Shown: one piece after another, positions 53,392-64,000 of the stretch | Layout of the letters: every line of letters starts with the position of its first letter | How positions within the stretch are numbered: the first letter of the stretch is position 1 | Notes under the pieces: model-generated | What the model saw: the letters and a program-made list of their open reading frames with translations, nothing else | The model's database searches: none | Told to the model about the DNA's origin: nothing | Position numbers and translations under genes: made by a program | Assembly: GCF_037042905.1 (NCBI RefSeq) | Contig: NC_087245.1 | Coordinates: forward strand, 26,352,001-26,416,000 | DNA: 64,000 nucleotides | Source of the DNA: Lytechinus pictus | Taxonomy: Eukaryota | Direction: 5' to 3'

Positions 53392-53500
53392 ATTGCCAGA
53401 GTTCATGAGGTCGTTCCAAGTCGGAGTAGAGATGATGTTGCACTTGTTCTTCAATACCATGAGGGAAATGTGGATAAAGCAATCCAGTCATTCATGGAAG
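53392..53500 (+). CDS. SPATS2: SPATS2-like exon 3 (IARVHEVVPSRSRDDVALVLQYHEGNVDKAIQSFME), UBA/CUE-like segment
   Basis: ttccAG acceptor and GTAAAC donor; 109 nt; matches SPATS2 I.AVR.IVP.KSNNEI.LVLQHFD..VDK.VQAFME. Confidence 0.9.
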
Positions 53501-53593
53501 GTAAACTCTTCATAATAATTGTAAAACTGTTTCCGACAGTATAGATACATTGTCGAAATGACTGAATTGGATTTAGAAGTGGAGAAAACTACA

Positions 53594-54154
53594 TGGGGTA
53601 CTCTAGGCTAAATTCACTGAGCAAAGCACTGAGAATTTCATCATTCTCTAATAAAGAATATTTAACAAAGTCATTAGATTTTGAAGTTTAGCAATACATG
53701 TACCTTGTAAAACATTTATATGCACACCATAATGAATATGAAGGTGTGCATGAAATCATAATTATGAAATTAACATAATTTCACTTTTTTAAACATAAAA
53801 ATGTGTGTAATAATACCAGTATGTTTCCCTTGTAATAAAATAAGTTGCAACAATGATTAACTTACACATTAAAATCAGTTGTCAATCCATTTTTTTTTTC
53901 ATTCTCTGTGAAAAAATTAATAAATATTTTTATTATTAGTTTTGATATAAAGTTGGGGTATGACATCACTAGCTTGCTCATTGCATGTTCATGAAGACTT
54001 GCACACAACTGTTTCGCCGAAATAATGCAAAATATTATTAACGTCATAAATTAAACTTTGTTATTCCTAGTCTGATTTTGATGAAATTTTTTTTTTTGGT
54101 CTGATTTTACTTAATTTGTTCAAAATCATACTATTTTCAGTCTGGGATACCCCT
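53594..54154. mobile_element. Decayed Kolobok-type MITE (related to about 34480-34945)
   Basis: GGGGTACTC...GGATACCCCT|TTAA ends; shared TATGACAT...TTGCTCATT...GTTCATGAAGAC block. Confidence 0.6.
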
Positions 54155-54839
54155 TTAAATCAAGGTTTGATCATCAAAATTGTGAGGAATATGGAATGAT
54201 AAAAAAATAAAGACCAAAATATTTTATCATCAGATAGTTTCAGTTCTTCTGTTACGACCATACAATACCACAATACCAAAACCTGTTCATTTATGTATTG
54301 CGTGTACATGTATAACCAAGGAGATATCTCCTTGGTATATTAAACATTCCATAGTATACCCGGATTCTTGTGTGAAAACAGAAAAAGACTCTGTCAAGTC
54401 CAAAGTGTTATGTGTTATTGAAAAGTGGGTGTTGGCCACGCAGCATGACCTAAATTTTAATCATAACCTTCCCAAACTTGCCAACCTGTTGCATCTGACT
54501 CTGCAAAAAGTTTTTTTTTTATAATTTTTTTTAAAATTAGATTTTCTAACCTGGCTCTACACATGACCAGCTTTTGTAACCACACAAAGACATTGCTTGG
54601 GTTTATTCGGTATTAATGGTATTTGATAATCAAGTTCACATACAGTGTGAATTTGTTCTATATTTTACAGTCTGTTGGTCGAATGACTGTTCAGGCCATT
54701 AATGGACACAATGAAGACCGGATGTTAAAGATCAAATTATTGATTTGGGGGATGTAAATACTAAATACTGTAAAATACATTGATGAAATGTCACAGATGT
54801 GAAATTAATTTGTAAAGCTCAGGATGGTGGTGTACATTA

Positions 54840-55002
54840 CAGGGGCCGCGGAACCAGAGGGGGGGGGGGCTGGGAGGGCTTCAGCCCCTCCCCCTCCACC
54901 TTTTCCAAAACCATGTACAAAAACGTATAAATGACCATCTGATTGTGATTTTTTGCATGGTCACCCCCCCCCCACACTTTAAAAACCGTTCCGCAGCCCC
55001 TG
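54840..55002. mobile_element. hAT-like MITE with apparent 5-bp TSD CATTA
   Basis: CAGGGGCCGCGGAAC...GTTCCGCAGCCCCTG. Confidence 0.7.
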
Positions 55003-55989
55003 CATTATAAACAATATTTAATAGCTTTACTTCTTTTCTTGAAATTGATTCTTCTCGGATAAATTTTTTTCTTTTTTTTTATTCAGGCCTACAAATACAA
55101 TCTTCCTTCCGGAGACAGGAACACTTTTAATATGAGCACATAATTGCACTTGTACTGTGTTGCCTCCTGACAGACTAAGATTGTTTTCACACTGAGCACA
55201 TACAGACAAAAAGATAGGACTACAGTATACATGTAGCTGACTGAAATACATGTATAGAGAGAGTCTAACGTAGCATTTTATTTGTTTTTTTTTTTGCATT
55301 TTATGAAACAGAAATTTGTATCGACAATTTGCTCCGAGCCAATTTAATGCAAGGATTTCTGTAACAAGAGTAGTGAAAGTCACTGACTACCGGTTTTGTG
55401 AAATGCTCCCCTGCTGTGAAGAGAACCTTGTTACATGTACATGTAGGCTACAATCTACAAGGCAGAGATGAAATGTATTATTCATAGGCACTATAACACC
55501 AAATTCAGGTTTATTGACCATTCTGCACAGGCAATGCTGATGTCTTGCAACCGATGTATGTATGTTCGCTACACTGTAGCTTATGATAAAATGCAGCTTT
55601 ATCTTTGCTGTATGTACACAAATGTAATAAATATATCTGATGAGGAATACTTTATATCACAGCAGTCACCCCCTACACTCTCCAGTCTTGCGTTAGTTGT
55701 TTGTTTTTTATTGACCAGGATTCGGTGCAGGCTTTTGCTAAGAAAAACTGCCATCGGACATTTGTAGATATTAAAAGAAAACTGGTAATGCAAGACCTGA
55801 GTGTGTGTAGCGAAGCAGCCACTGCACATACTCTTCTGCATCAGATGTATTGCCGATTTTTTGCGTAACAGCATCAGACTCATAAAGGCAGACAAAAGCT
55901 GGTATAGTGATGCAAACTGTTTCATGACCTTGTCTTTTAGAGTCATACAAAAAGAATGCGCTTGAAACATATAAAATTGTTTGTAACTT

Positions 55990-56180
55990 TTTATGCATTT
56001 TTTGCCACAAACTTTATTACAGGACTTTATTCTTAATTTGAACAATTGATTGTCATACAGGCCATGTTCAATTTTCAAAGGATGGATCGTAATGTGTAAC
56101 AAAGAAATACATTGTAAGCATTAATTGCAAATTGTAAGATTTCCTTGCCCAATGATGGGCAAGTATGCCTCTAATAACCG
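55990..56180 (-). mobile_element. Highly decayed non-LTR retrotransposon ORF2 C-terminus
   Basis: EAYL...LHITIHPLKIEHGLY...R...CN resembles the LINE C-terminal R.S.H.L.IE.GRY...R.C..C motif. Confidence 0.35.
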
Positions 56181-56633
56181 TTTAGCTCTTCCGGAAATCA
56201 AAAGATTTCATATCCTCCCAAGATTACTCAGGTTCAGCGAGATTTGTATCATGAGTAAAAAGAAAAATGTAACCTTTGAGATCAATGAATGATTGTTCGG
56301 CTTGCTTTCAGTGGTGCTGTTTATCCCCTTTCTACATTATAATTGTCCACTATCTTGATTATTACTCATTTCAAGTGTTCTCAACACAGTTCATAAACTC
56401 AAGGAGGATACAATGTACTATCCTTTTGTCAAGGCCTTTTGACAAAAAAATTGGATGTACTGTACATGTATATTTTCCATGCTGACCTGCTTCAAAGATG
56501 AAAATTTCCCCTTCCACCCAGTTTCATGAAGATTTATAATGCTAGTGCAATGAAAATCTTGAAAATGATTTCTGAATGGCAAAGTTACAATACGTACTAA
56601 AACATATTAAAGACACTTAAAGTGCTAGCGAGA

Positions 56634-56900
56634 TAAGTGGTCTGCAGGCACTGACCCTGTTTGAAACTTTGATGAACAAGTGGGTCTTGAGACAAGACTA
56701 GCATAACTACAACTTGTTTCAATTTGGGACCTAGCTTCCATGCATAAGTCTTGGTGAACTTTATGCATTCAGACCGTTTTCCTTTAGTTTAAGCTTTTGC
56801 GTAGCAAACTTCGAATGGGCCCGACATTCTTTTACATTGTCAGTGGAGTTATTTGGTATCACCTCCTTGTTATTACACCATGTGACAGTGATGGGAGCGA
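56634..56900. repeat. Dispersed repeat, inverted relative to about 28140-28685
   Basis: AAGTGGTCTGCAGGCACTGACCCTGTTTGAAACTTTGATGAACAAGTGGGTCT matches the reverse complement of 28634-28685. Confidence 0.65.
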
Positions 56901-58269
56901 GGAACTGTCATTGTATTCAATATCCAAGAGCAAAGTTCAGAAGGGTATTTTGAGGTTTATTTGTCTAAAAGTTTGATCATGATCGAATTGATATCTTTGG
57001 GTAGTGATAATCATTGTTTACAGGTCAAAGATAATTCCCTTCTAATTGTTTTAAACCTCAATCACTAGTCATGCATGTACATGTACATGTGTCTAGTAGC
57101 TAATAGCCTCCCGTAGAACCTCGTGAATTGTTACATAATTTTCTGTACACTTGGCCTGGTTGGCCACTAGCAAGACAAATGCCGAGAATGAGATTCTGTA
57201 AACCTTTTTTTTTAAATTAAGATTAGTACTAATAAACAAATGAGAGGCATCACTGTTACATGTACATGTACAGTGTCTTTAACTCTACATGAACATGTAC
57301 TTGCCTCAATATTCAATATTGAATTTTATTTTGAAGTTGGTATTTTAGTCCGCAGTGTGGGAAAAAGTTAGTGATTTACATTTATACATGTACATGTACA
57401 TGTGTATGTAATTCCAGTGAGCAGCATGTAGGAATTCTCGTACATCGCTCGGTTTTAATCTTTGGAAAAAGTTTTTCTTCTCCAAAACATGAAAGCATAC
57501 ATGTATGTAGATTTCACCTACACATACTGTATATGTGCTTCATGCACATGTCATGTACATGTATCTTTACAGACACTATTTTATTAAAGTGACTATGTAA
57601 TTAATGCAGAAATTTTAATAGAGTGAACTTTCAATGTTGTTTAGAGTTAAAACAAATTCAGCTGTATCCAAGAATATTATATTAGCTTCTGCCTTAAATC
57701 AGGCCTAATTCAATAAAGAGTATAATGTGTTTTGACATGAATATATTATGTCCTTGACAAAATGGTTGTTTAATGGTTGGCATGGCAACAGCATACACAT
57801 CACTTTACTTTCATGTTTTCATTGATACATGTACATGTAAAGTGCGTGACGTGATATCATCTGTGCTTTAATTTTTACCTTGCTAACTTTGTATGTTTTC
57901 CATATATAGGCCTATCAGTAACGTGTGTTCTTTGCTGATACACGATGCCCAACATGAGCCTCTAAAAAATTATCTTCCCTCCTTTTTATATTCATTGCCG
58001 ATTTCATAGAAGTCCAACACAAATCAACAAGTTGACAAAATAATGTCAGTTCCACACTGGAAAGGGTAATAGTTGCAGTTTTGGGATTGTTTATAATGGA
58101 GAAGGAATAAGTGGGACATAACATTGGTTAAATCTTAAGATTGCAATCCTTTGTTATTACATGTACATGTACATCTGTAACATTCAAAATAGTGACCTAT
58201 ACACAGTTGGAGGTGTACTCTGGTTTTGGCTTGGTATAATCTATTCATTCAAACATAAAGTCTAAAGTT

Positions 58270-58470
58270 GGAGGCGCAACAGCTCAGGCAGTAGAGCGGG
58301 GGTTTCGGATTCTGATGACCCGGGTTCGATTCCCACCAGTACGCTAGTACCCTTTGGTAAGGCATTAATCCTCATTACCAGGTCCCTTGGAGATAGGACC
58401 TTAACCCGTCAGTCCTCTGGTCGCTTGCTTATAAGCATTCATGCCTTCTTAGCAATCAGGTAAAAAAATC
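58270..58470 (+). mobile_element. tRNA-derived SINE
   Basis: AGCTCAGGCAGTAGAGCG A-box-like sequence, B box GGTTCGATTCCC, CCTTTGGTAAGGC core, A-rich tail. Confidence 0.75.
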
Positions 58471-58902
58471 ACCACCAAAGTATGCATGTTCCACAGCCAT
58501 GCTCAAGCGAGAATCCTCCCCCCCCCCCCACCCTGGTCTGTTGGAAATGGGTTTTTTCAATCTTGAGATTTAACAAACTAGGGCTGATGGAGCACCATAA
58601 ACAAAAAGAATTTTGTCAACTAACCCCCCCCAAAAAAAAAAAAATAATAATACTAATGATGATTTAAAAAAAAGGAAATTAAAAACTATATAATAAAGAA
58701 ATAGAATGAATAAATAAAGAAATGAATATGAAAAATATGAAAAATTATTCCTTTGCAAATGGGGAAATGTCTTTACATTATTTGTATGAACTTCTTTCAC
58801 CTATTGACAGTGATTTCATGAAAATGTTAAATGGTTTCTGATTGTTGAAGGCTGTGTCATTTTCAGACACTAAGTGCACTTTTATTACTTAATCTCTTTT
58901 AG

Positions 58903-58955
58903 ATGGCGCCAGAACTGTTTTGAACGAGTGGCAGTCACATGGCAAGAAAAGCAAG
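58903..58955 (+). CDS. SPATS2: SPATS2-like exon 4 (DGARTVLNEWQSHGKKSK); the gene continues past the window
   Basis: ttttAG acceptor and GTAAGT donor; 53 nt, phase 1 to 0; matches SPATS2 GSA.EVL.EW...GKKK. Confidence 0.88.
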
Positions 58956-59140
58956 GTAAGTGGTACATGTAGGCCTAATGGTTTTTCTCAATGTAAACTA
59001 CTCTTTGGGTATCTAATCATTAAAAAAAATGCATCGTACCTTGTGTACATACCGGCATGTAATTGTTGTAGGTGCACATCATGTCATGAACATCCATTTC
59101 TGTATTATATATTTTACATTGCTCTCTATCTCCATCTTAA

Positions 59141-59724
59141 AGGAGAATGAAACACTTGGAGCAAGTTAGCTTTTGTGAAAGCAGAAAAATCAAAGAATAA
59201 GATCAACAAAAGTTTGAGTAAAATAGGACTAGCAATAGAAGAGTTATGAGCATTTGAATGTCGAGATCACTAATGCTATGGAGATCCTCCCATTGGCAAT
59301 GCGACCAAGATCTATGATGTCACAGATGAACAACTCTCCCCTTTTGGACACTGAAAATATACCCCAAAACATCTCTTTTTGCTCATTCTAATCATATGAC
59401 AAACAATTCATTAATGATATAATGTTGTGAAACCTCTGTACTTGTCCTCTCATAAAGAGAACACCTCATCTTGTGATAGACTCTATAAAAGTGAGAATAT
59501 AAGTGAAATAAGTACTAAAGTAATGAGGGAGTTGTACGTGTGTGACATCACAGATCTTGGTCGCATTGCCAATAGGAGGAACTACATGGCATTAGTGATC
59601 TCAATATTCAAATGCTCATAACTTTCTTATTATTTATTCAATCTTCCTCAAACTTTCAACAATATGTTTCTTTGATTTTTCTCTTTAATATGGATTCAGC
59701 TGGTTTCAAGGGTTTCATTCTCCT
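59141..59724. mobile_element. Kolobok-type MITE with ~80-bp subterminal inverted repeats
   Basis: TTAA|AGGAGAATGAAAC ... GTTTCATTCTCCT|TTAA. Confidence 0.85.
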
Positions 59725-59837
59725 TTAATTTCGTGATCAAATCCCCGTCATGATACATAGCAATGAGGAAAGGTGTATTTGAGGTTCTCTGGAATCGAAG
59801 TGTCTGTAACCTGGCTCTGAAAACATAATACTCTAGA

Positions 59838-60061
59838 CAGGGCTCGACAATAGCATTGGCCTGGGACAACCAAAATTGAGAGTAGGGCCACCAAAATTGT
59901 ACAAAAGCCACACTTGGTGGTCCGGTTGGGCAACCAAAGTTATGATAAATTGCAATGTGTTTTATTGATTTAGGGCCACCAGCGGGCCACCAAGAATATG
60001 AAATTGATGGTTTTGGTGGACTGATCGGGCCACCAAGAAAAAAAGTTAGTGTGGAGCCTTG
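59838..60061. mobile_element. hAT-like MITE with GGCCACCA repeats, flanked by CTCTAGA
   Basis: CAGGGCTCGACA...TGTGGAGCCTTG; CTCTAGA on both sides. Confidence 0.75.
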
Positions 60062-60560
60062 CTCTAGAACCGAAATGTTATAGCATGGAGTGAGCTCCAT
60101 GGTTATTGGGCTAAAATGGGGTTCTCATTGCTGAAGCACAGACATTTATAATGATTACTACCCCCCCCCCCCCTCCTCCATCCCTGGGATCACTGTCTTG
60201 CCCTATATTCATTAGTATTGAAATGATTCACATGGGGGAAAGATCAAGGCGCAACACATATCAAAATAGTCAATCGTATGTTTCAATTCCATTTCCTGGT
60301 TAAACATATCCTGGCATGAGAAACATGTTTGATATATTTAAGCTAAACAATAGATAATCATGTGTGAATTGTTGGGAACTACAGGTGATTAGTTCCCACA
60401 ATAATATTGTAATTACAATGACTCGATTGGCCACTCCCTCTTTTTTTTAGTCAAGTTTTTATTGTCCATTGAGTAAACTTTTTTTTTTTTTTTGTTCTAA
60501 GAACAAGTACATGTAGGGCATACTGGTAGGCATACAGAGCTATTAATAGATGTATCTTAA

Positions 60561-61065
60561 AGGGGAATTTCACCCTGAAGAATAATTTGTTTATAAAAAT
60601 ACCAGAAAAAATAATATAAAAAATGTTTGGGAAGCCTTGAGGAAAAGCCATCAAAGATTAAGAAAGTTATTAGAATTTGAAGTTTTTGATGTTTGACATC
60701 ATATATAGGAGCAGCTGCCACATGTGTCATGTAATACTGAATGCTTAAATTTCAAATTTTTAATGGTTCATGATGACTGAATTATTTTTTCTTTCAGGAG
60801 CGGGGTCAAATTATTTGTTTGTTGATGCAAAGGCGTGATCAAAACCATTATCAATATTTCGAGAAAATGACATTCCATTGAATTTTCTAACACACAATAT
60901 ATTGGGAAGCTGCTTGCATACATGTATGGCTTCACAAATAGAAAAAGATGATAAAATTCTATTTCTAATAACTTTTTTAATTATAGATGGATTTTCTTCA
61001 AACCTTCACCAATATATTTTTTCTGCTATTTTTACAATAATCTTTTGTCAGGATGAACTTACCTT
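60561..61065. mobile_element. Kolobok-type MITE
   Basis: TTAA|AGGGGAATTTCACCCTGA ... TCAGGATGAACTTACCTT|TTAA. Confidence 0.7.
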
Positions 61066-61949
61066 TTAAATGGCTGTCATCATGGCTGCCATTTTAAGCT
61101 CAAGTTAAAATTCGCCCGTATTGGGTGACGGAGATGGGGTTTCATGAATCTAGAGAGGACTACAGTATGTATATAAACCAGGCTAAAATCATTAAAAAAG
61201 GATTAAACAAACTAGTGTTAATGGGACCTGCATCGCAGGGAAAAATTGCACCTTGTCTTGGAGTGATTTTGTCTCCCCGCCCCCAAATGCTGAAAAGAGC
61301 CCTAAAAAGTATGTTAGTGCCCCAGAAAATCCCCATTCACTGTGATATTAAAGCTGATTCAATGTTGCAGATTTAGTCTCTGGGTTGTGAAAAATAGCTC
61401 CCCCCCCAAAAAAAAAAAAAAATAATAATAATTGATAAATTTTTGCCTGCTGCACAGGGGTAGTACATATATGTCATCTTCTATCCTGGTATCATTTGCC
61501 AGTGGAAGAATGTTGCTAATATTAAATCCTCACCAGGGGCAGAGTCAAGGCCACCATAGACCCGTTCTGCTGCACGTTTTTTCAATGACCATTCCCTGGT
61601 GAACCCAAACACTTCCTGTCTGCCTCTGCTCCACATATTGAATGAATTTGGGGAGGTCATGAACTTGAAACATATCGTTGACCTTTGCAAGCCCTTTCAG
61701 GTCCATCCTTGTTGATATCATCCAGACCACACATGTTCTTCCATCCTGTTTGAATGAAATGGACAGAATCCTGAGCAGACGCAGGATTTTGGGGAGTTGG
61801 TAAGGGACCAAGGGCGGACACCTATCCCCTTTTTCTTGAACTCTGATGTGTTGGATTATGACTGACTCTAACCGAATTATTGCAAGTAATATAGCTAATT
61901 TTGACATCTAAAAAATGAAAATCCCCAAGAGAAAAGTACAAATATAATA

Positions 61950-62400
61950 GTAATAGATTCAAGAAAAGTTAAGAGTAGGAAGCATTGAATAGACGAGTCT
62001 TTAAAGGTAACTTTTAAATGTGTCAATGGAAGTGCATTCATGGATTACCAGGGGAAGATCATTCCAGAGAACAGTGCCAGCTGTGAGCAAAAGCCTGAAC
62101 CCCCCATGTCTAACAGATTTGGGAATAACTAGGGAACCAGAGTTGGATGAATGTAGGGACCTGACAGGAGTGTATTTGTTGATTAGATTAATATTGTACT
62201 GTGGAGCAGAGCCGTTAATTGCATGGAATACAAGGAGAAGGATTTTGAAGATGATGCGATCGTTAACCTTTAACCAATGAAGAGATTTCAGAATGGGTGT
62301 GATATGAACATGTTTTTTTGATAGGGTGACCAAACGTGCTGCAGCGTTCTGGAGCTTTTGGAGTTTAGACAACTGGGTGTTGGGTAAATTGTAAAGCTCA
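61950..62400 (-). mobile_element. 5'-truncated L2/CR1-group LINE, ORF2 C-terminus
   Basis: KLQKLQNAAARLV...HITPILKSLHWLKV..RIIFKILLL...LWNDLP...FKSYL is a typical L2 ORF2 tail. Confidence 0.88.
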
Positions 62401-63816
62401 ATTGTAAAGGTCAAAATATACCCAAGCCAACTCTTTATCACTGCCAAAATAACCACATCTTTGCCTCCCCCAAAGTTGAGGCCATCTAAAGTGTTTTTAC
62501 AAAAGACCGAAACGGTCTATAATGAGATGGGGTACAGGTACATACTGAACATGTATATATGACGGAAATGTACTTTTCTATCCCCTCTCATGAAGCCCCA
62601 GTGGAAGCTCAGTTTCTTGTAGGCCAGATTATAATGGACATTTCTTCTTTATAATGGAGCGAGATAAAAGATTGCTGAAGGAACCAAGTATTTTCTAACC
62701 ATTTTAGGGGGAATAGGACTAATAAACTTCTTCAAACACTTTAGTGTGCTACTATCCAAGCAAATTAATCCTTGAACCAAGTGACCCAACCCATTGTCAT
62801 TAAAAAGCAAAAAAAAAAGGCATTTTATTGAATAAGAGGTTTCTAGAAAGAGATTGAAATTATAGAATGGTGTGTTTGGGAGATCAAAGAAAGGAAGGAG
62901 ATGCATCAGTGATTTATTATTATTTATACATCATTTTAGAAGAGAGTGTTGTGGAATTCTTAATTGATTTTGGTCGAATTTCATTCTAGATCTCCATGAT
63001 TTTTGCTTACAATTGGCCAATCAGATTCAATGATTTCAGTAACTTATCACATGAGTCAGTGAAAGCAAGGATTTTCAAACAGAATCGTTGTAATATGAGT
63101 AACATGTCACTTTGTGAAGTGCTCCCTAAATACCCTCTGCCCAGATATTATTGCTCACATATTTTCATTGAAAACAACTTCATTGGTCTCGATGTTTTGC
63201 TGAAATTGATTTTTAGTTAAACCTTGCATGTTTACCCCTATAATGACAAACACAAACGTATGGGCTTTCTCTCACTCTCCTGCATGCCCAGGTCCTGTGA
63301 AATGTACTTCTCATGACATCTGGGGTTGTAATTGTAGGAGATACTCCCCAATAATCCATATGAATTGACAAATGGATCCTTCAATACCTGTTTGCAAGGA
63401 AGTGTAAAATGTAAAAACTCACAAAACATCTGTTGAATTGTCAAGAGGAAGACCATAGATTTCAGTCAATATCATATCCCAGGTGTTAACATTTTTGTTT
63501 GTTTATACTGTATGCAGAGCTGTTATCGTGACATATACTGTACATGTATGTAGGCCTACATGTAGTTGTTCAGTCATGGACTATTAGATTAAGTTTCAAG
63601 TTCAACTCAAGCACTTGTTTTCATCTTGAAAAAAATGATACATGAAAATAGTGTTGAAATCCTGATGGTTTTATATGTAGGTCCCAAGACAGTTCGGGGA
63701 TCAATGCATACACACCTATACATTGTTACTGTATCCAGAACTGTAATGTCAAGCTATATGTAGATCTAGATAAGAATCTAGTGTAAATGCCGAAATCCCA
63801 CTGTCACGCTTAGCCC

Positions 63817-64000
63817 CAGGGATGCCACTTTTCCGTATTTATACGGAATTCCGGCTTTTTTCCTGCTATCTGTCTTATTTCCGTATTTCCGACTTTTCCT
63901 GTATTCTGTGTATTAAAATAAACGGAAAGTCCTCCTTTTTTTCCCCCTATCTCTCCCGATTGCGATGCATGTCGATCGACCGAGTGAGAGATATTTCTCC
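63817..64000. mobile_element. Left end of a hAT-like element running off the window
   Basis: CAGGGATGCCAC start followed by reiterated TTCCG motifs. Confidence 0.5.

Noticed and set aside
55599..56102. Longest ORF in the track (167 aa) as a nested gene
   Set aside because: Non-ATG start, no domain beyond a short decayed LINE-like motif, and antisense within an intron.
58270..58345. tRNA gene
   Set aside because: A and B boxes are present, but there is no clean cloverleaf or acceptor stem and it continues into a SINE body and A-rich tail; the same applies to 30850-30929.
61481..61907. Overlapping minus-strand ORFs with coding-like composition
   Set aside because: No recognisable motif or convincing splice sites; possibly a decayed mobile-element fragment. 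A BLASTX search would be needed.

Overview
AT-rich, intron-rich animal genomic DNA. The repeat landscape (Kolobok, hAT, Harbinger, piggyBac and Academ-like MITEs, tRNA-derived SINEs, TACATG microsatellites) suggests an echinoderm, probably a sea urchin; this is inference only. Two divergently oriented spliced genes were reconstructed by hand. (1) A complete 7-exon cytosolic 5'-nucleotidase III gene (NT5C3 family, 323 aa) on the minus strand, 18052->3697. (2) The first four coding exons of a SPATS2/SPATS2L-like gene on the plus strand, 37523->58955, which continues beyond the window. Nearly all other ORF-track entries are spurious. The rest is non-autonomous DNA transposons, many with intact TIRs and TSDs. 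Most notable: an 820-bp Academ-like element with a 9-bp TSD carrying a RecQ-helicase fragment; two neighbouring long-TIR foldback elements; a 1.6-kb element inserted 16 bp upstream of a coding splice acceptor; a ~600-bp-arm inverted duplication with one interrupted arm; a MITE family nested inside itself; and four 18-26 bp hairpins flanked by 7-8 bp direct repeats that resemble P-element excision scars. No rRNA, bona fide tRNA or CRISPR array was seen.
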